NCBI GenBank assembly: GCA_026936335.1
Contig: JAPMXV010000004.1
Location: 338,515 to 402,514 of the forward strand
Reading direction: 5' to 3'
Length of the DNA stretch: 64,000 nucleotides
Source of the DNA: Mantamonas sphyraenae STR306
Lineage: Eukaryota; Protista; CRuMs
Part shown: positions 46,486-60,019 of the stretch, piece after piece
How the letters are laid out: each line of letters begins with the position of its first letter
How positions within the stretch are numbered: the stretch's first letter is position 1
Notes under the pieces: model-generated
What the model was told of the DNA's origin: nothing
Database searches by the model: none
What the model saw: only the letters and a program-made list of their open reading frames with translations
Made by a program: the position numbers and the translations under genes

Positions 46486-49400
46486 ATGAGCAGTAGCAGC
46501 AGCAGCAGCAGCAGCAGTTCAAGCAACAACCCGCAGCCGTCGCGGCCCGAGTCGCGGCAGACGACAACGACGTCGTCGAGCAGCGGACGAGAGATCACAA
46601 GCGACGATATGGAAGCGCTGCTGGAGAAGATTCATCAAGAGACAGCCAAAGACCCGCGCACGATCAACCTGCGCATTCTGGAGAGGCGCCGGGTGAGCCG
46701 TTGGACGCGGTGGCAGCAGAAGAAGAGGCTGAAGCGGCAAGACTTTTTCGCAGGACCGGCGACCACGGGCACAGCGTCGGCTGGGCATGTGGACGAGGAC
46801 GTGGAGATGTCGGAACGGAAGAAGAAGGAGAAAAAGACGATTGCGAGTGAGTTTGGCGAGAGCTGGGGAGGTGGCCGCGGGCGGTTGGGCTGACACAGCG
46901 GCGGACACAGTCGACGAGGAGATGAAGGGGGCTGTGAAACACGAGTTTGCAAGCGCGCAGGTAGGTTGAAGGGGCGTGGGTGTGCGGGGTGGGGTGACAA
47001 AAGGAGGGTGGTAGCTGACGACCGTTTCACGGCAGGCCCGGAAAAACTTTCGCAAGCTGAAGCTGAAGCTGATGATGGTGACGGCATTCAAGCTGCCGAT
47101 CGGAGAGGAAGACATCGACGACGACAACGAGGAGGACGAGCCGACAAACGGGAGGACGCTGAAGTACGAGGAGGCGGACGGAGGAGGGGAGTTGCACAGG
47201 GCAGTGTTTGAGGGGCGATACCTGGACGCCAAGAAACTGGTGATGGAGAAGCCCGAGAGAGTGCAGTCGGAAGACACGTTTGGCAACACACCGGTGCACA
47301 TCGCAGCACGAGAGGGCAAGCCGCGGACGCTGCGGCTGCTGTTGCGGAAGGGAGGCAAGAAGCTGCGGATCAACCACGCAAACAAGGATTCGCGCACGGC
47401 GTTGCATCTGGCAGCCGTGATGGAGGCGTCGTTCGAGTCGATTGCGGACCTGTGCCGGTACGGGGCCAAGACCAACGCGATGGACGAGGACGGGCGTACG
47501 CCACTGCATCTTGCGGCGCAGGACGGTTGCCTGGGAGCGGTGAAGAAGCTGATTGCGGCGGGAGCGTCGCACGACGACACAGACTCGGAAGGGCTGATGC
47601 CGTTGCATTTGGCGGCACGAGAAGGAGAGCGGAAAGTGATCGGGGAGCTTGTGGAGCTTGGGGCCAAGGTGGACGCAGTGGACTACGAGGGACGCACGGC
47701 GCTACACCACGCTGTGATGTGGGACCTGATTGACACGGTGCGAGATTTGGTGGACAACCAAAACGCAAACGTGAAGCACAAGTCGCACTTTGGAGAGACG
47801 GCGCTGCATCTTGCGGCTCGGAAGGGGGCGGTGCGGAGCCTGAACTTTCTGATCAACCGAGGCGCAGACCTGGAGGCGGAAAACGTGTCTGGGAACAAAC
47901 CGCTGCACTTTGCGGCATACGAGGGCCAGGTGACGTCGATGGAGTGCCTGCTGGACCAGGGGGCAAACATCAACTGCGTAAACAAGGCAAGCGACACGCC
48001 GCTGCACTTGGCGGCGAACAACAGCATGGACAAGTGTCTGGAGTTGCTGCTGAGCACGGGGGCAAACACAAACGCAACGAACAACGACGGAGAAACGGCG
48101 CTGCACCTGGCAGCGCAGACCGGGTCGGAGGCGTGCATCGAGCTGCTGCTTGCGCACAAGGCACACGTGAACGCAGTGACGGCGGACGGGGACACGCCGT
48201 TGCACCTTGCGAGTTCGTATGAAGTGGTGAAGCAGCTGGTGCGAGCTGGGGCGCGTGTGGACAGCAAGAACCGGTTCAAGGAGACACCGTTCCTGACGTG
48301 TGCGGCGGAAGGGCTGAGCGAAAGTGTGGCTGCGCTGATTGAGGAAGGAGCGGACATTTCGACGCGTAGCGAGCGAGAGAACAGCGCGATGCACACGGTG
48401 TGCTACGCAGGACACATCGACACGCTGGAGGTGCTGCTGGCGGCAAACATGTCGCACGACCAGCGCAACTCGACGGAATCGACACCGCTGCACATGGCTG
48501 CGGCCAAGGGCCGCATGGAGTGCGTGTGGGCGCTGCTGGACAGCGGGGCAAACCCGAATGTGACGAACAACACGATGAACACGCCGCTGCTGCTTGCAGT
48601 GCGTGGGCGACACGTGGACGTCGTGCAACTGCTGCTGGAGAGCGGAGCACGCGTGGACATGGCGAACAGCAAAGGTGACACGGCGTTGCATGCATCGACA
48701 GACATGCTGATCACGGAAATGTGCCTGCAGTGCGGGGCTGAGGTGAACATTAGCAACAAGAAAGGAGACACGCCGCTGACGCTTGCGGTGGGCCGGGAGC
48801 AGCTGGACATTGTAAAGGCGCTGGTGGATGCCGGGGCGGACACGGAGGCGGTGAACGGGGAGGGAGAGACGGCGTTGTTCACGGCGAGCCTGATGCCTCG
48901 GGGCGAGATTGCGCGTGTGCTGGTGGAGGTTGGGGAGGCGGACGTGACGGCAACGGGACCGGACGGGCTGAGCGTACTGCACGCGGCAGCGATCATGGGC
49001 AACGTAGAGACGGTTGGCCTGTTGCTGCGTGCGGGAGCGAGTGTGGACGCGGTGGACAAGGAAGGAAACACGGCGCTGCACCTGACGGACACGGGGGCAG
49101 TTGTGGCAGCGCTGCTGGAAAAAGGAGCGAAGCATGAGGTGCGCAACAAGTACGGCGAGACGGCACTGCACAGTGCGGCGGCGTCTGCGAATCGAGTGGG
49201 AGCATCCTACCTGCTGGACGCAGGGGCGGACGCAAACGCGGCGGATGAGGAGGATGTGACGCCGTTGCACATTGCAGCGAAGCTGGGCTTGCTGGAGATG
49301 GTGACGGCGATGCTGAGCAAGGGGGCCAACCCGAACGTGGCAGAAAAAGTGCACCTGGCGACGCCTGTGCACCTTGCAGTGAAGCACGCGCAAGTTGCGG

Positions 49401-52400
49401 CTGCGCTTGTGGAGGCGCGCGCCAACGTGAACGCACGAGACAAGAACGGGAACACGGCGCTGCACCATGTTGCGTTTGAAGCGCCGGAACACAGCCGGGA
49501 AGTGGGGGCGTTGCTTGTGCAGAGCGGGGCGGACCGTGAGGTGCGGAATGGGAAGAACGAGACGGCGCGAGACGTTGCGCTGCGGAGCGGGAACCGAGAG
49601 TTTGCGGCGGCTGTGCAGAGCGACAGCAGCAAGGGAGAAGAGCTGATGGAGGTGTTGCGGTCGCCAAAGAGCAAGCTGCGAGAGAAAATCGAGACGCTGG
49701 AGGCGATTGGAGCACTGGGAGTGGGTGCAGCGACGCTTGTGGGCGAGTTGAGCGAGATGTTGGGCAACACGAGCAACGAAAGCCTGCGGATTGCGCTGAT
49801 TGAGTGCCTGGGCAAGGTGGGAGCACGCACGCCCAAGGTGATCAAGAAAATCCGGAGCCTGCTGGAGAGTGACAACAGCAAGGTGCGGCGTGCGGCGTTT
49901 ACGGTCCTGCAGGAGATGGGCTCTGGCGCAGAACGGCTTGTGCCAGGTCTGATGGAGGCGCTGCGTGAGTACGAGGAGCGTGAGCGGATCGGAGAGGTGC
50001 AGCGGTGGGCACACTTTGGTACGGAGGCGGCGGACAAGATCCCGACGGTGCTGGAGTACATGCGCACGGATGGGGCGAGTGTACGGCTTGTGAAGGAGTC
50101 GATGACAACGCTGGGGGCGATTGGAAAGGAGAACGAGGAGGCATTGGAGGCGCTGGCGGCGCAGCTGAAGGACAGGCGGCAAGAGGTGCGTGTGAGTGCG
50201 TACGAGACGCTGCAGCGCGTGGGGGCGAGCGGAAAGAAGCACTACGGTGGACTGGAGGAGGCGCTGGGTGAGTACGAGCAGCGAGTGCACTTGGAAGAGC
50301 TGCTGGACAGGCTTGAACGGCGTGTGGAGGAGCAGTCGAGGGATGGGGAGCCGCACACGGGGGAACAAGGACGGAGCGGATACGGGGCGGGCAAGTTGCG
50401 TGGACTGGTAGACGCGCTGAAGGAGATTGTGAGCTTTGGGCCTGTGCCGGAGGGAGTGGAAACGCTGATAGCGCTGACGGAGGACCCTGTGAAGGAGGTT
50501 GGGGAGAGGGCTGTGGTTGCGCTGGGAGTGGCTGGGCAAGGAGACGCACGTGCGATGGCAGTGCTTGCGGCACTGTTAGAGGGAGACGACATTGCAAAGA
50601 GGCGGCTTGCGTACAAGGCGCTGAACCGGATGTCTGTGGACGCAGAGATGGAGAAGAAGATGGAGGCGTTCCGGGAGTCGATTGGGGTGGACGAAGAGCT
50701 TGCGCGTCTGCGTGGGGCGGTGAGCGAGGCGGAAGTGGTTGCGTCGCTGCGGCGTTTGCAGGAGCTGAAGGGTCGAGGGAGCGAGCACGTGGAGGAGGTG
50801 CTTGGATTGAAAGGGTCTGAGAAAGTGCGCGCGGCAGCTGTGGAGGCGGCGGGTGGGATGGGCAACGGGGTGAAGAAGGTTGTGGAGCGGCTGGTGGGGA
50901 TTGTGAAGAACGGGGAAGAGGCGTTGGAAGTGCGGCGTGCGGGCGTGCGTGCATTGCGTGGGATGGGAGTGGACGGAGAGCTGGCGCGTGTGCAACTGCG
51001 CGGAGAGCTGGAAAAGGCAGAGGCGGAGCTGGAGGTGGAGGGCTTGGTGGAGGTGTTGAAGCGGTTTGGAAAGGGTGGAGCGTGGGAGGAGCAAGTGGAT
51101 GCGCTGGAAGAACTGGGGGCGATGGGCAAAGGGGCAGCGCGTGGGGAAGGGATGCGGACGCTGCAAAAGACGGCGAACCTTGCGGATGCGGTGGGGACTG
51201 AGGTGCCCGAGGAGGCTGTGGAGCGAAGTCTGTGGGCACTTGCGCGTGTGGGCATGGCGAGTGGGGCGGAAAACAGCGAGGCGACTGTGCGGCAGCTGGT
51301 GAAACTGATGGAGACGGGCCAGAAGGGGTTGGTGCGAAAGGCGGCGTACGACAACCTGAATGCTGTGTACGACCGTGCGGTGGAACACCAAGGAGACCTG
51401 AGGACCCTGCTGAAGCGTGCGGCGCTGCGGAAAAGGTGGAGGGTCTGTTGGAGTGTGCGGAAGCGGAGGGGGGAGACGACAAAGCGGCGGGTGGACGCGA
51501 TCAAGTATGTTGGGGAGCTTGGGGTGCGTGCAGGAAAGGTGGGAGCAGTGGAGCGGCTGAAGGCGTTGGTGCAAGATGAGAACCTGAGCGTTCGGGTGGC
51601 GTCTGTGGAGGCGCTGGTTCGAGTTGGCCTGGAGAACAAGGGTGCGCTGGACGTGGTTGTGAATCAACTGATGAGCACGTCTGTGGAGGTGCGGCGAAAG
51701 GCGTTTGAGGAGCTTGGGGCGCACCGAGAAGAAGTGGCAAAGGTGTTGCCAAACATCGAAGACTTGCTGCACAAGTGCAAGGTGGGCGAGCAGCTGGAGG
51801 CGCTGATGGCGGTGATCAAGGAAAAGTACAAGAAGAGCAAGCACGGGAGCAAGGAGGGGTACCAAAAGCGACGCGTGGCAGCGCTGAACGAGGTGGCGGA
51901 GTACGGAGAGGATGCGCGTGAGATTTGCGGGGATTTGTTTGCGCTGCTGAGTGACGAGCCTGAGGAGATCCGGATGGCGACGATTGGGACGCTGGAGGCG
52001 ATTGGAAAGGGAGACGCACGCGTGGTGGAGGTGCTGGCGGAGTTGTTGGAAGATGTGGAGGGCGCGATCCGAGAGGCGGCGTATGCAGCGCTGAGCGGGA
52101 TGAGCGACGGGAGCGGGAGCGGGAGCGGGAGCGGAGGGAAAGAGCTTCCGCGTCTGGAGCGTGTGCTGAAGGAGTTTGAGGTGCGAGAGCGTGTGGGGCG
52201 ACTGCAAGAGATCCTGGGGGTGATGGGGAAGAGTGCGGGTGGAGGAGAGGGAAAGGTGAAGGGCAAGGGCACAGAGAGCGAAGAGGAGAAGGAGAAGGAG
52301 AAGGCGAAGGAGAAGGCGAAGCGTGTGAAAGCGCTGGAGGAGCTGGGAGCGATGACAAAGGAGGAGTTGAGTGTGCTTGGGCCAAGTCTGCAGCAGGTGA

Positions 52401-55400
52401 TCAACAACCTGCTGCTGTGCCTGGGGGACGCGGATGCGGAGATCCGGTGCAAGACGGTGTATGCGCTTGCGGTGCTGGGCCTGGGGAACCAGGTTGTGGT
52501 GGAGGCGGTGGGGTTGCTGCTGGGGGACAAGGACGCCAAGGTGCGAAAGGCTGCGTTTGTTGTGCTTAGCGGGATGCCTGACCTGCAGGTGCTTGCGCCG
52601 CAGCTTGTGCAGGAGCTGGGGGTGTTTCAAGACCGAGAGACGGTGCAGGGGCTGGTGGACATTGTGCGGTACGGGGAGCATGTGGGAGAGCAGCGGCGTG
52701 CGCTGGAGGAGCTTGTCAAGATGGGCGGGTGCAACGTGGAGGCGATCGAACCGCTGTGCCGTGTGATGTTGAACAGCAAGGGGACGAACAAGGTGCGGGA
52801 GCTTGTGGCCGGGACGCTTGTGGCGCTTGTGAAGGCGGAAGAGTCGAGCAAGGCCGGGTCGATTGTGGCGCGGTCGCGGATGGAGGTGTGGAAGGTGCTT
52901 GGGCGTGTGTGTGTGGAAGACGGAGACGAAGAGGTGCGCGGGGTGGCCGCGGAGCAACTTGTGGCGATGACACGTACGGGAGAGGCGGAGGAGGTGAACG
53001 AGAGTGTGGGGATGCTTGTGCGTGCGATGCGGCGTCCGAACGAGCGTATTGTGGGAGCAGCGGCCGGGTTCGGAAAGGCAGGAGTGGGTGCGCTGCTGCG
53101 TGCGGCGGAGTCGAGCGACGCATCGACGCAGTCGCGTGTGGGTGCACTGGGGGCGGTGCAGCGTGTGGGAGAGGCGATGGGAGAGAAGGCCGTGGAGCGT
53201 TTGGTGAAGTTGGCGGAGCAAGAGAGTGGCGAGATTGGACTGGAGGCGTTGCGTGCGGTGGCAGCAAGTGGGAGTGAGTCTGAGGCTGTGGTTGCGCTGA
53301 TGTGCAAGCTGCTGCGGGAAGGGACGAGTGAGGAGCGGCGCGTGTGTGCGGCGAGTCTAGGGAGGATGAAGGCGCAGGGGGAGGTTACGATTCCGCTGCT
53401 GATCGAGCAGAGCGTGCGGGACGAGGCAGCAGTGGAGGCGCTGCGGCGGATGGGTGCGGCTGCGGTGGACAAGCTGCTGGACGTGGTGATGAGCGAAACG
53501 AGCGCGGAGGAGGTGCGACTGCAGTGCGTGCGGATCCTGGGGATGATTGGGGAGGAGGCGGAAGACGCGCTGGAGGAGCTGCTGGAGCTTCTGGAGACGA
53601 CGGGGAGCGAGGCGATGCGTGGGGCGCTTGTCAAGGCGGTGGCGGTGATAGGGCAGGACTATGAAGACGTGGTGGAGACGTTGTGGCCGCTGGCAGTGGA
53701 CGGGATGGACGAGGCGCAGGAGAGCCTGCTGGGCCTGGAGATCGGGCCGGTGGTGTTGATCAGCGGGCTTGGGGAGGAAGGGGAGGAGGGAGAGAGGCGC
53801 GTGGCAGCGCTGGGGATGTTTGGAGAGCGTGCGCTGGAGGATGTGGTGGAAGAGCTGGAAGCGACGGAGGACATGGTTGTGCAACAGCAGCTGCTGCGTG
53901 TGCTTGCAGGGCTGGGGATGGGGGAGCGGAGCGTTGTGCGGCTGCTTCAAGGCAACGTGGTTGGAGCGACCGGGGTGGAGGGGGTCAAGGCGCTGGCAGC
54001 GATTTCGCCGTGCCACCCGATGCTTGTGGAGCTGTTGGAGTCGCGGCGAGCGGTTTTGCGTCGTGCTGCGGCGGGAGTTGTGCAGGGCCAGTGCCACGGG
54101 GTGGTGGAAGGGCTTGTGAAGGCAGTGCACTGGGGAGACGAGAGCATCTTTGAGGCGATTGTGAGGATGGGCCAGCTGTGCGTGGAAGGGTTGCTTGAGC
54201 GTGCGGAAGGTGGAGACGTGTGGGCAGTGCGAGCGCTGGGGTACTTTGAGGGCGAGTTTGAAGGGGCCGAGGCGCTAGTGGGGATGCTGAAGGAGGCCAA
54301 GAGCGGAGAGCTGCAGGCAGCGCTTGTGGAGACGCTGGGACGAGTGGGTCTGGGAGGAGAGGAGATGGTGGGGATGTTGAAAGGGCGGGGAAAGCACGAG
54401 GCGCGTGTTGTTGGCGCGGCGGTGGAGGCCGTGGGGCGTATGCGGGAGAGCAAGGCAGTGGATGTGCTTGTGGAGATGCTGGGCCAAGGGGAGCGTGGAG
54501 CGGACGTTGCGCTGGGAAGGATTGGAGGACGGGCGGCGGAGGTGGTGATGGAAAAGGTGCTGACGGGGGAGCTTGGGCGAGTGGGCTGGGGCGTGCTTGC
54601 CAAGATGGAGGGCAAGGAGTTGCGGCGTGTGCAGGAGGAGCTTGTGGGAGTGCTGACGGAGCTGTCGAGCGGAGATTCGGACGTGGACGAGGTGATGAAG
54701 GCGGCGAGCCGTGCGGCGACAGGAAGCCGGGTTGTGATGGAAGAGCTGAAGCGGCTGTTTGGCAAGGGTGACGAGGGGATGAAGAACAAGGTGGCGGTGG
54801 CGTGGGGCGAAATGGGGAGTGCGGGAGCGGAGGCAGCCGGGGCACTGATTGCAGGGTTGGGAGGTGCGGAGCGAAAGGAGTATGTGGACGCGCTGGTGGG
54901 CATTGGGAGCGGGGCTGTGGAGGAACTTGTGGAGACGGTGGTGCAGGGTGGAGGGACGTGGAAGATGAAGCAGTGCCTGGAGGCGCTGGGGCGCATTGGA
55001 GCGGAGGCCGGGGGTGCGTTGGAGCAGGTGGAGCGGCTTGTGAACGACGGCGGGGTGGTTGGAGCGGCGGCGTTGGAGGCGATGGGAGGGATGGCGAGAA
55101 CGGACGTGATGGTTCGGGATACGCTTGTGCGGTGGTTGGACTCGAGGGAGTCTGAGATGCGGGCGGGAGCAGCTCGCGGACTGCAGCTGATGGACCAAAA
55201 GGTGGTGAGTGGGAGCGTGCATGCAATCATGCGTGCGCTGCGACACGAGCAAGAGGAGGTGCGGGATGCGCTTGCGAGTGTGGGAGGAGAATGTGTGGAG
55301 GAGTTGCGGAACGCGCTGCGGCGTGAGGAGGAGGAGCGGACGCTGGTGGAGCTTGTGAAGAGCGTGGGCAAGATGGGAGTGGACGCAGACGTGCGTTTGG

Positions 55401-57247
55401 TGGGAGAGCTGATGCAGCTGAGCCGAGGAGGCGGGTTTGCGCCGAGCAAGCGTGTGCGGTTGGAAGCGATGCGTGCGCTGGGCAAGGTTGGGGCGAGGAA
55501 CAGGGACGTGCTGTATCTGTTTACGGGGCTTTTGGAGGACGAGGACGCAGAGGTGCGTGTGTTTGCGGCGCAGGCGTTGGGAGAGGTGCGCGAGGTGGTT
55601 GCGGGTCTGCGCGAAGAGGCGGGACGACTGCGACGTGTTGTGCGTGAGCGAGTGCTCGGGGTGACAAAGGTGGACAAGGTGGGCGGGTTTGGAATGGGTG
55701 GCGTGGTGGGGATGCTGCTTGAGAAGCAGCGGCGTGGAGGAGGAGGAGGAGGAGGAGGGAAGATGGTGGAGGAGGAGGAAGACGAAAGCGACCAGGTGCT
55801 GGAGAGCAAGGTGAAGGCGAGCGAGGAGGAGATTGGGGCACAAAGCGAAGAGGTGTTGGGGGTCAAAATGAGCGGGGTGAGCGAGGTGGAGGCGGCGGTG
55901 ATGAGCGGAAACGTACGGCGAGTGCGGCGTGCGGTAGGCGGGATGCGGGAGGAAGAGGGGGCGGCGGCGTTGGTGAAGGCGGTGGAGCTTGGGCGAAGTG
56001 ACATGGTGGGAGAGCTGGTGCGTGGCGGGGTGGAGGTGGACGGGATGAGCCTGTTGGGGCGTGCGTGGGACGGAGAGGTTGCGTGGGAGCTTGTGCAGGC
56101 CGGGGTGGATCTGGAGGAGCGGGACCGGGATGGAAACACGGCGTTGATGCGTGCGGTGGGCCGCGGGCGGAACGGAGTGGTGCAGGTGCTTGTCGGGGCG
56201 GGGGCAAATGTGAACGCAGCGAACAAGCGGGGCGAACGTGCGCTGCATGTGGCGGGGGCGCTGGGGTCAGCGGGAATGGTGGAGGTGTTGCTGCGTGCAG
56301 GAGCCGAGGTAGAGGCGGAGGACGCGGAAGGAAACCGTGCGTTGCACGTGGCGGCACACGCGCGAGAGCTGGAGGCGCTGAATGCACTGATTGGGGGTGG
56401 GGCGAGCGTGGAGGCGAAGAACGGGGCGGGAGAAGTTGCGTACGAGGTGGCTGCGGCGAGCGGAATGAGCAAGATGGGTGTGCAATTTGAGAGCATGCTG
56501 GGCTTTGCCGGGATGGAGGTGGGGACGGGGATGGCGGAGCGGCGGGAGGAGGCGTGGAAGAGCAGGCGCGGGCTGATGCAGCGGCTGTTGAAGGAGAGAC
56601 GGGATGCAGATGCGTTTGTCAAGGTTGTGAGCGCGGTGGAGCGGGAGCGGAAGAAAAGGGAGGAGGAGGCAGCACGGCTTCGGGAGGAAGTGCGTGCGCG
56701 GCGTGAGGCGGAGCGGAAGCGAAAGGAGGAGAGGCGACACGCAGACAAGGCGCGGCGGGCAGCGATGCGCAGGCATGGCAAGGCGGAGAAGGGCAAGTTG
56801 ATGGAGGAGAAGATGGCTGCGCAGGAGGCAGAGATGGAGGAGAAGCGTCGGCTGGTGCGGGAGCGGCGGGAGGCAGAGCGGATGGCGCGGGAGGAGAGGA
56901 AGAGGAAGAAGGAGGAGAAGCTGCGTGGTCGGCGTGTGCGTTTGCGTGCTGAGCGGGAGGAGTTGAAGAAGAAGCAGTTGGAGGTGGAGCGGGAGCTGGT
57001 TGGGGAGCGTGTGGAGCTGCGGGCAAAGGTGTTGGGGGATAGCGTGGGCGGCACGGGAGGAGCGGGAGGGTTGTTTGGGAGCGTAGTGATGATGAAGATG
57101 AAGAGCAAGGGCAAGGCGAAGGGGAAGAGCAAGGGCAAGGGGAAAGGGAAAGGGAAGGGCAAGGGCAAGGGGAAGAGTGGAGGGAAGAGTTTGGCGGCGG
57201 AGAAGATGGGGTTGGTGTTGCCTGCAATTCGGGGGGCCAAAGGGTGA
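46486..57247 (+). CDS. Giant ankyrin-HEAT-ankyrin solenoid protein (~3,500 aa) with coiled-coil and Lys/Gly-rich tail; introns 46847-46910 and 46961-47035
   Basis: More than 20 G.TPLHLAA ankyrin repeats, then PBS-lyase-like HEAT repeats (L.D....VR..A..AL), then further ANK repeats. Two upstream exons splice in frame to the 47072 ORF. Confidence 0.9.
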
Positions 57248-57295
57248 GGGTGGTGGTGAATGAGGGTTGTGGAAGGAAATGGAGTGTGTATTTGC

Positions 57296-58958
57296 TCAGG
57301 TGGGTTGGATGTGAAGGTAGGAGTATTGGGCTTGATGGATGGCAAAGATGGTGGCGGAGATGATGGCCCAGGCGAGATGGGAGAAGAGTCGTTCGTCGAC
57401 ATGAACGCCGTAGATGCGGAAGACCTGCTCGCCGTGGACGACGATGTCGATGAGCTGCTGCTCAGACTTTGTGTGGCTCATGTAGGTGACAAAGAGGGAG
57501 AGGTTGCCCATGGTGTGGCTGACCGTGGAGCCGGATGAGACAAGCGCGTACAGCGTCGCCACGGCAGCGAGAAGGAGAAAGACAGAAAGGGCAATGTCAG
57601 CAGAAGGTATGGAGGACCAGAAAACCCGGCTGCCCATGATGATGCTGGCGTAGAGTGCAAAGGAAAAGATGGCGGTGCTGGTGAAAAACAAGGCGGCGAA
57701 GAGTGGTGAGAAAGCACGCGCCGCAGAGCGGATCTGGGCTCGAAGGGTGGTGATGTCGTGGCTACGTTGGTCTTGAAAGCGGCGCTTGAGGGATCCAACC
57801 ATGGCAGGGTTGTCGGCCTCGACTTGGCGCTGGTCGAGGAGTTGATTCGCAAATTCTGTGATGGAGAGGCACAGGGAGGTGCAGCAGCAGCAAAAGATGG
57901 ATACGCTCCAGGTAAATGCATAGATGAGGGCCGTGTCGAGGGGTCGTGTGAGGACCCAGACCCACCAGAGGCCGGGGTTGTGTGTGGACCGGTGCAGATC
58001 CATGGTGGCCATCACGTACACGGAGTAGAGAATCCACGGCGAGGCAACGAGTAAAGTGGCACTGCGAGCGAGGCGGGCAGCGTGGGAGAGCTCGACGCGA
58101 AGAGTGTCGGTGGAGATGTTGGTGAGGATGATTGGCAGAGCGGGAGTGGCGAATGCAAAGCGCAGGCCCAGGACAGAGGAGAGCAGAGCAGCGTAGAGGA
58201 ATGCGTACGTGTAGGATACAGGGGGTGGGAGGTCGCCGTTGTAGATGTGGAAAGCGACGAGGGTGAGAGAAACGGCACTAGAAGCGACAAGGAAAGGCGA
58301 CATGATCAGAATCCGCCGGAGCGGTGAAAGGGCCGGGAACTGCACGCATAGCTGTTGAAGCGTGATGAGCGTGGGGTGGTCATCTGTGAACGTGGAAGAG
58401 TGTTTGTGTGCAGCGAGCTGGACCTCGGCAAAGGGGATCTGGTGTGGAAAGGGTGTGAGCGGCTGCAAGGAGGCATGCTTCTGCTCGCGTGGAAGGTTTC
58501 GCAACGGGCCCACCATTTCGTCCAGGGAGGAGGTTGTGGGAGGCATGTCGGCGAGAGACTGGGCGTACGCCTCGAGTTTTGACGCAGCTTGCATGAGGGT
58601 GAGGAGAACGTCGTCTGGATGGGTGTCAGGGTCGCAGACAAGCAGTGGAAAGAAGCTTCCACGGGACCTCGAAAGAGAAAAAAAGGGAAGGCAGGACACT
58701 TGGCAGGCGCTGGGACTCACCACTGCGCTCTTGGAGCGAGCTGACGCTGGCAATGACATTGGGGATACTCATTTCGCGCTGTGTGGGCGTGGTGCGGTGT
58801 CTGTCGAGGTGGAACGAGTCAAAGGCGGGAATGGACGGGGCCATCTGGATGGCGCCGTCCAGCTCGGGCTCTTCGAGACAGGTCGGCGAGTAGTGGTTGG
58901 TCGGGGAGTAGAACTCTGGGGAAAAGGCCTCTGGGGAATAGGCTTTGAAATTCAGCAT
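57296..58958 (-). CDS. Multi-pass membrane protein, gustatory-receptor-like (7TMIC/GRL/DUF3537-like); intron 58720-58615 and possibly a second, in-frame one near 58513-58439
   Basis: About 7 hydrophobic segments after a long soluble N-terminus; C-terminal VFRIYGVHVDERLFSHLAWAIISATIFAIHQ resembles the TM7a/7b signature. Confidence 0.6.
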
Positions 58959-58980
58959 GGCAGTCGCAGAGGCGCGAGTT

Positions 58981-59877
58981 TCATTGGTTGTCTTTGCGAC
59001 TCTCAAACAACACCAAATCAAGGAGGAACGTGGCGGAGAAAATCATGATGCGCTGCTCAAGGGTGGCGTCGCGTGGGAAGACCACCTCGAAGAGCTCTGC
59101 GGATTCAAAAAGTTCGGCCCAGCCCCAGATCTTTGCAATCTCCCCGGAATCGTTCCCGTTTTCATCGATGAGCATCATGGAGTAGCGGTGTTTGCAGCAA
59201 AACATGGGACCCGAACAGTCGCAGCAGGGACAGACGACAGAGAAGGACGGTTGACCGCCATCGGTTTGGATGGTGAAATTTGGATCCCACCAACTCCACT
59301 CCTTCATCACGGCGCCCACGGAGCGGTCAGAAGGGGTGGTGACCTCCATGTGGGTCATGTTCCAGCACAGACAGCTGCAATCCGTTGGGCGGTAGAGCCT
59401 CAGGGTGGGGTTGCCGGCCTGGTCAAAGACGGTGAAGGTGAGTTCGCGGTGGGACTGGCAGCACATGCGGTTGCAGCACTCGGAGTCTTCTTCGACATCA
59501 AAAAGCTTCTTGTTGTCTTTTGTTGAGACGACGTACTGTGGAGGGCGAGGGAGGGAGGGCGAGGGAGGGAGGGAGGGAGGAGTGAGGTTGAGTTTGCTAT
59601 TTGCAAAAATACCCGGACGCAAAAACTCGCGTTGAATAGGGAACGAGCACATGAACGCACCCGATTCTTAACCTCACACCCCGTGCAGGCTTCCAGAAGG
59701 CTTAGGTCCTGGCGAACGAACACGGATTCGAGCTGCATGAACACGTTGAAGGCTGGGAAGTTGCAGAGGTGTCAGGTGTCAGGGATTGTTTGCAGAAAAA
59801 GCGGGTTCTCAAGCGCGTATGAAGGGGGGCGTACATGGGGAAAGGGGGGCGGGGAAGGGACAGAGTGGAACCGACAT
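58981..59877 (-). CDS. Phospholipid scramblase (PLSCR family); introns 59834-59753 and 59660-59536
   Basis: VFVRQDLSLLEACTGCEVKNRY, EEDSECCNRMCC, Cys-rich loops, GEIAKIW, FEVVFPRD, ATFLLDLVLFE. Start codon tentative. Confidence 0.9.
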
Positions 59878-60019
59878 TCCAGGTCGTTGTTCAGGGATTT
59901 GGACATGTTGACGTGGGTTCGAGAGGGCAGCGCAGCTTGAACCCACGTCAACCTCACGTGCGTGACGGAGGAGAGAGGGTGATGGGATTGGGGAGACGAA
60001 TTGGAGGTGAAGGGCTTCA

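Noticed and set aside
240-51475. Programmed ribosomal frameshifting or RNA editing to explain about 12 frame breaks (three +1 shifts at in-frame AAA codons in MINDY recall Euplotes)
   Set aside because: The breaks go in both directions, involve all four bases, mostly sit in homopolymers, lack a following stop codon or shared motif, hit the essential UBA1, and include a compensating pair at ~51430/51470. This fits long-read indel error; short-read polishing would settle it.
47702-57402. Long antisense and alternative-frame ORFs (e.g. 47702-50539, 53947-57402, 13746-16715, 30476-32590)
   Set aside because: Shadow ORFs caused by high GC and strand skew; their translations are low-complexity with no motifs.
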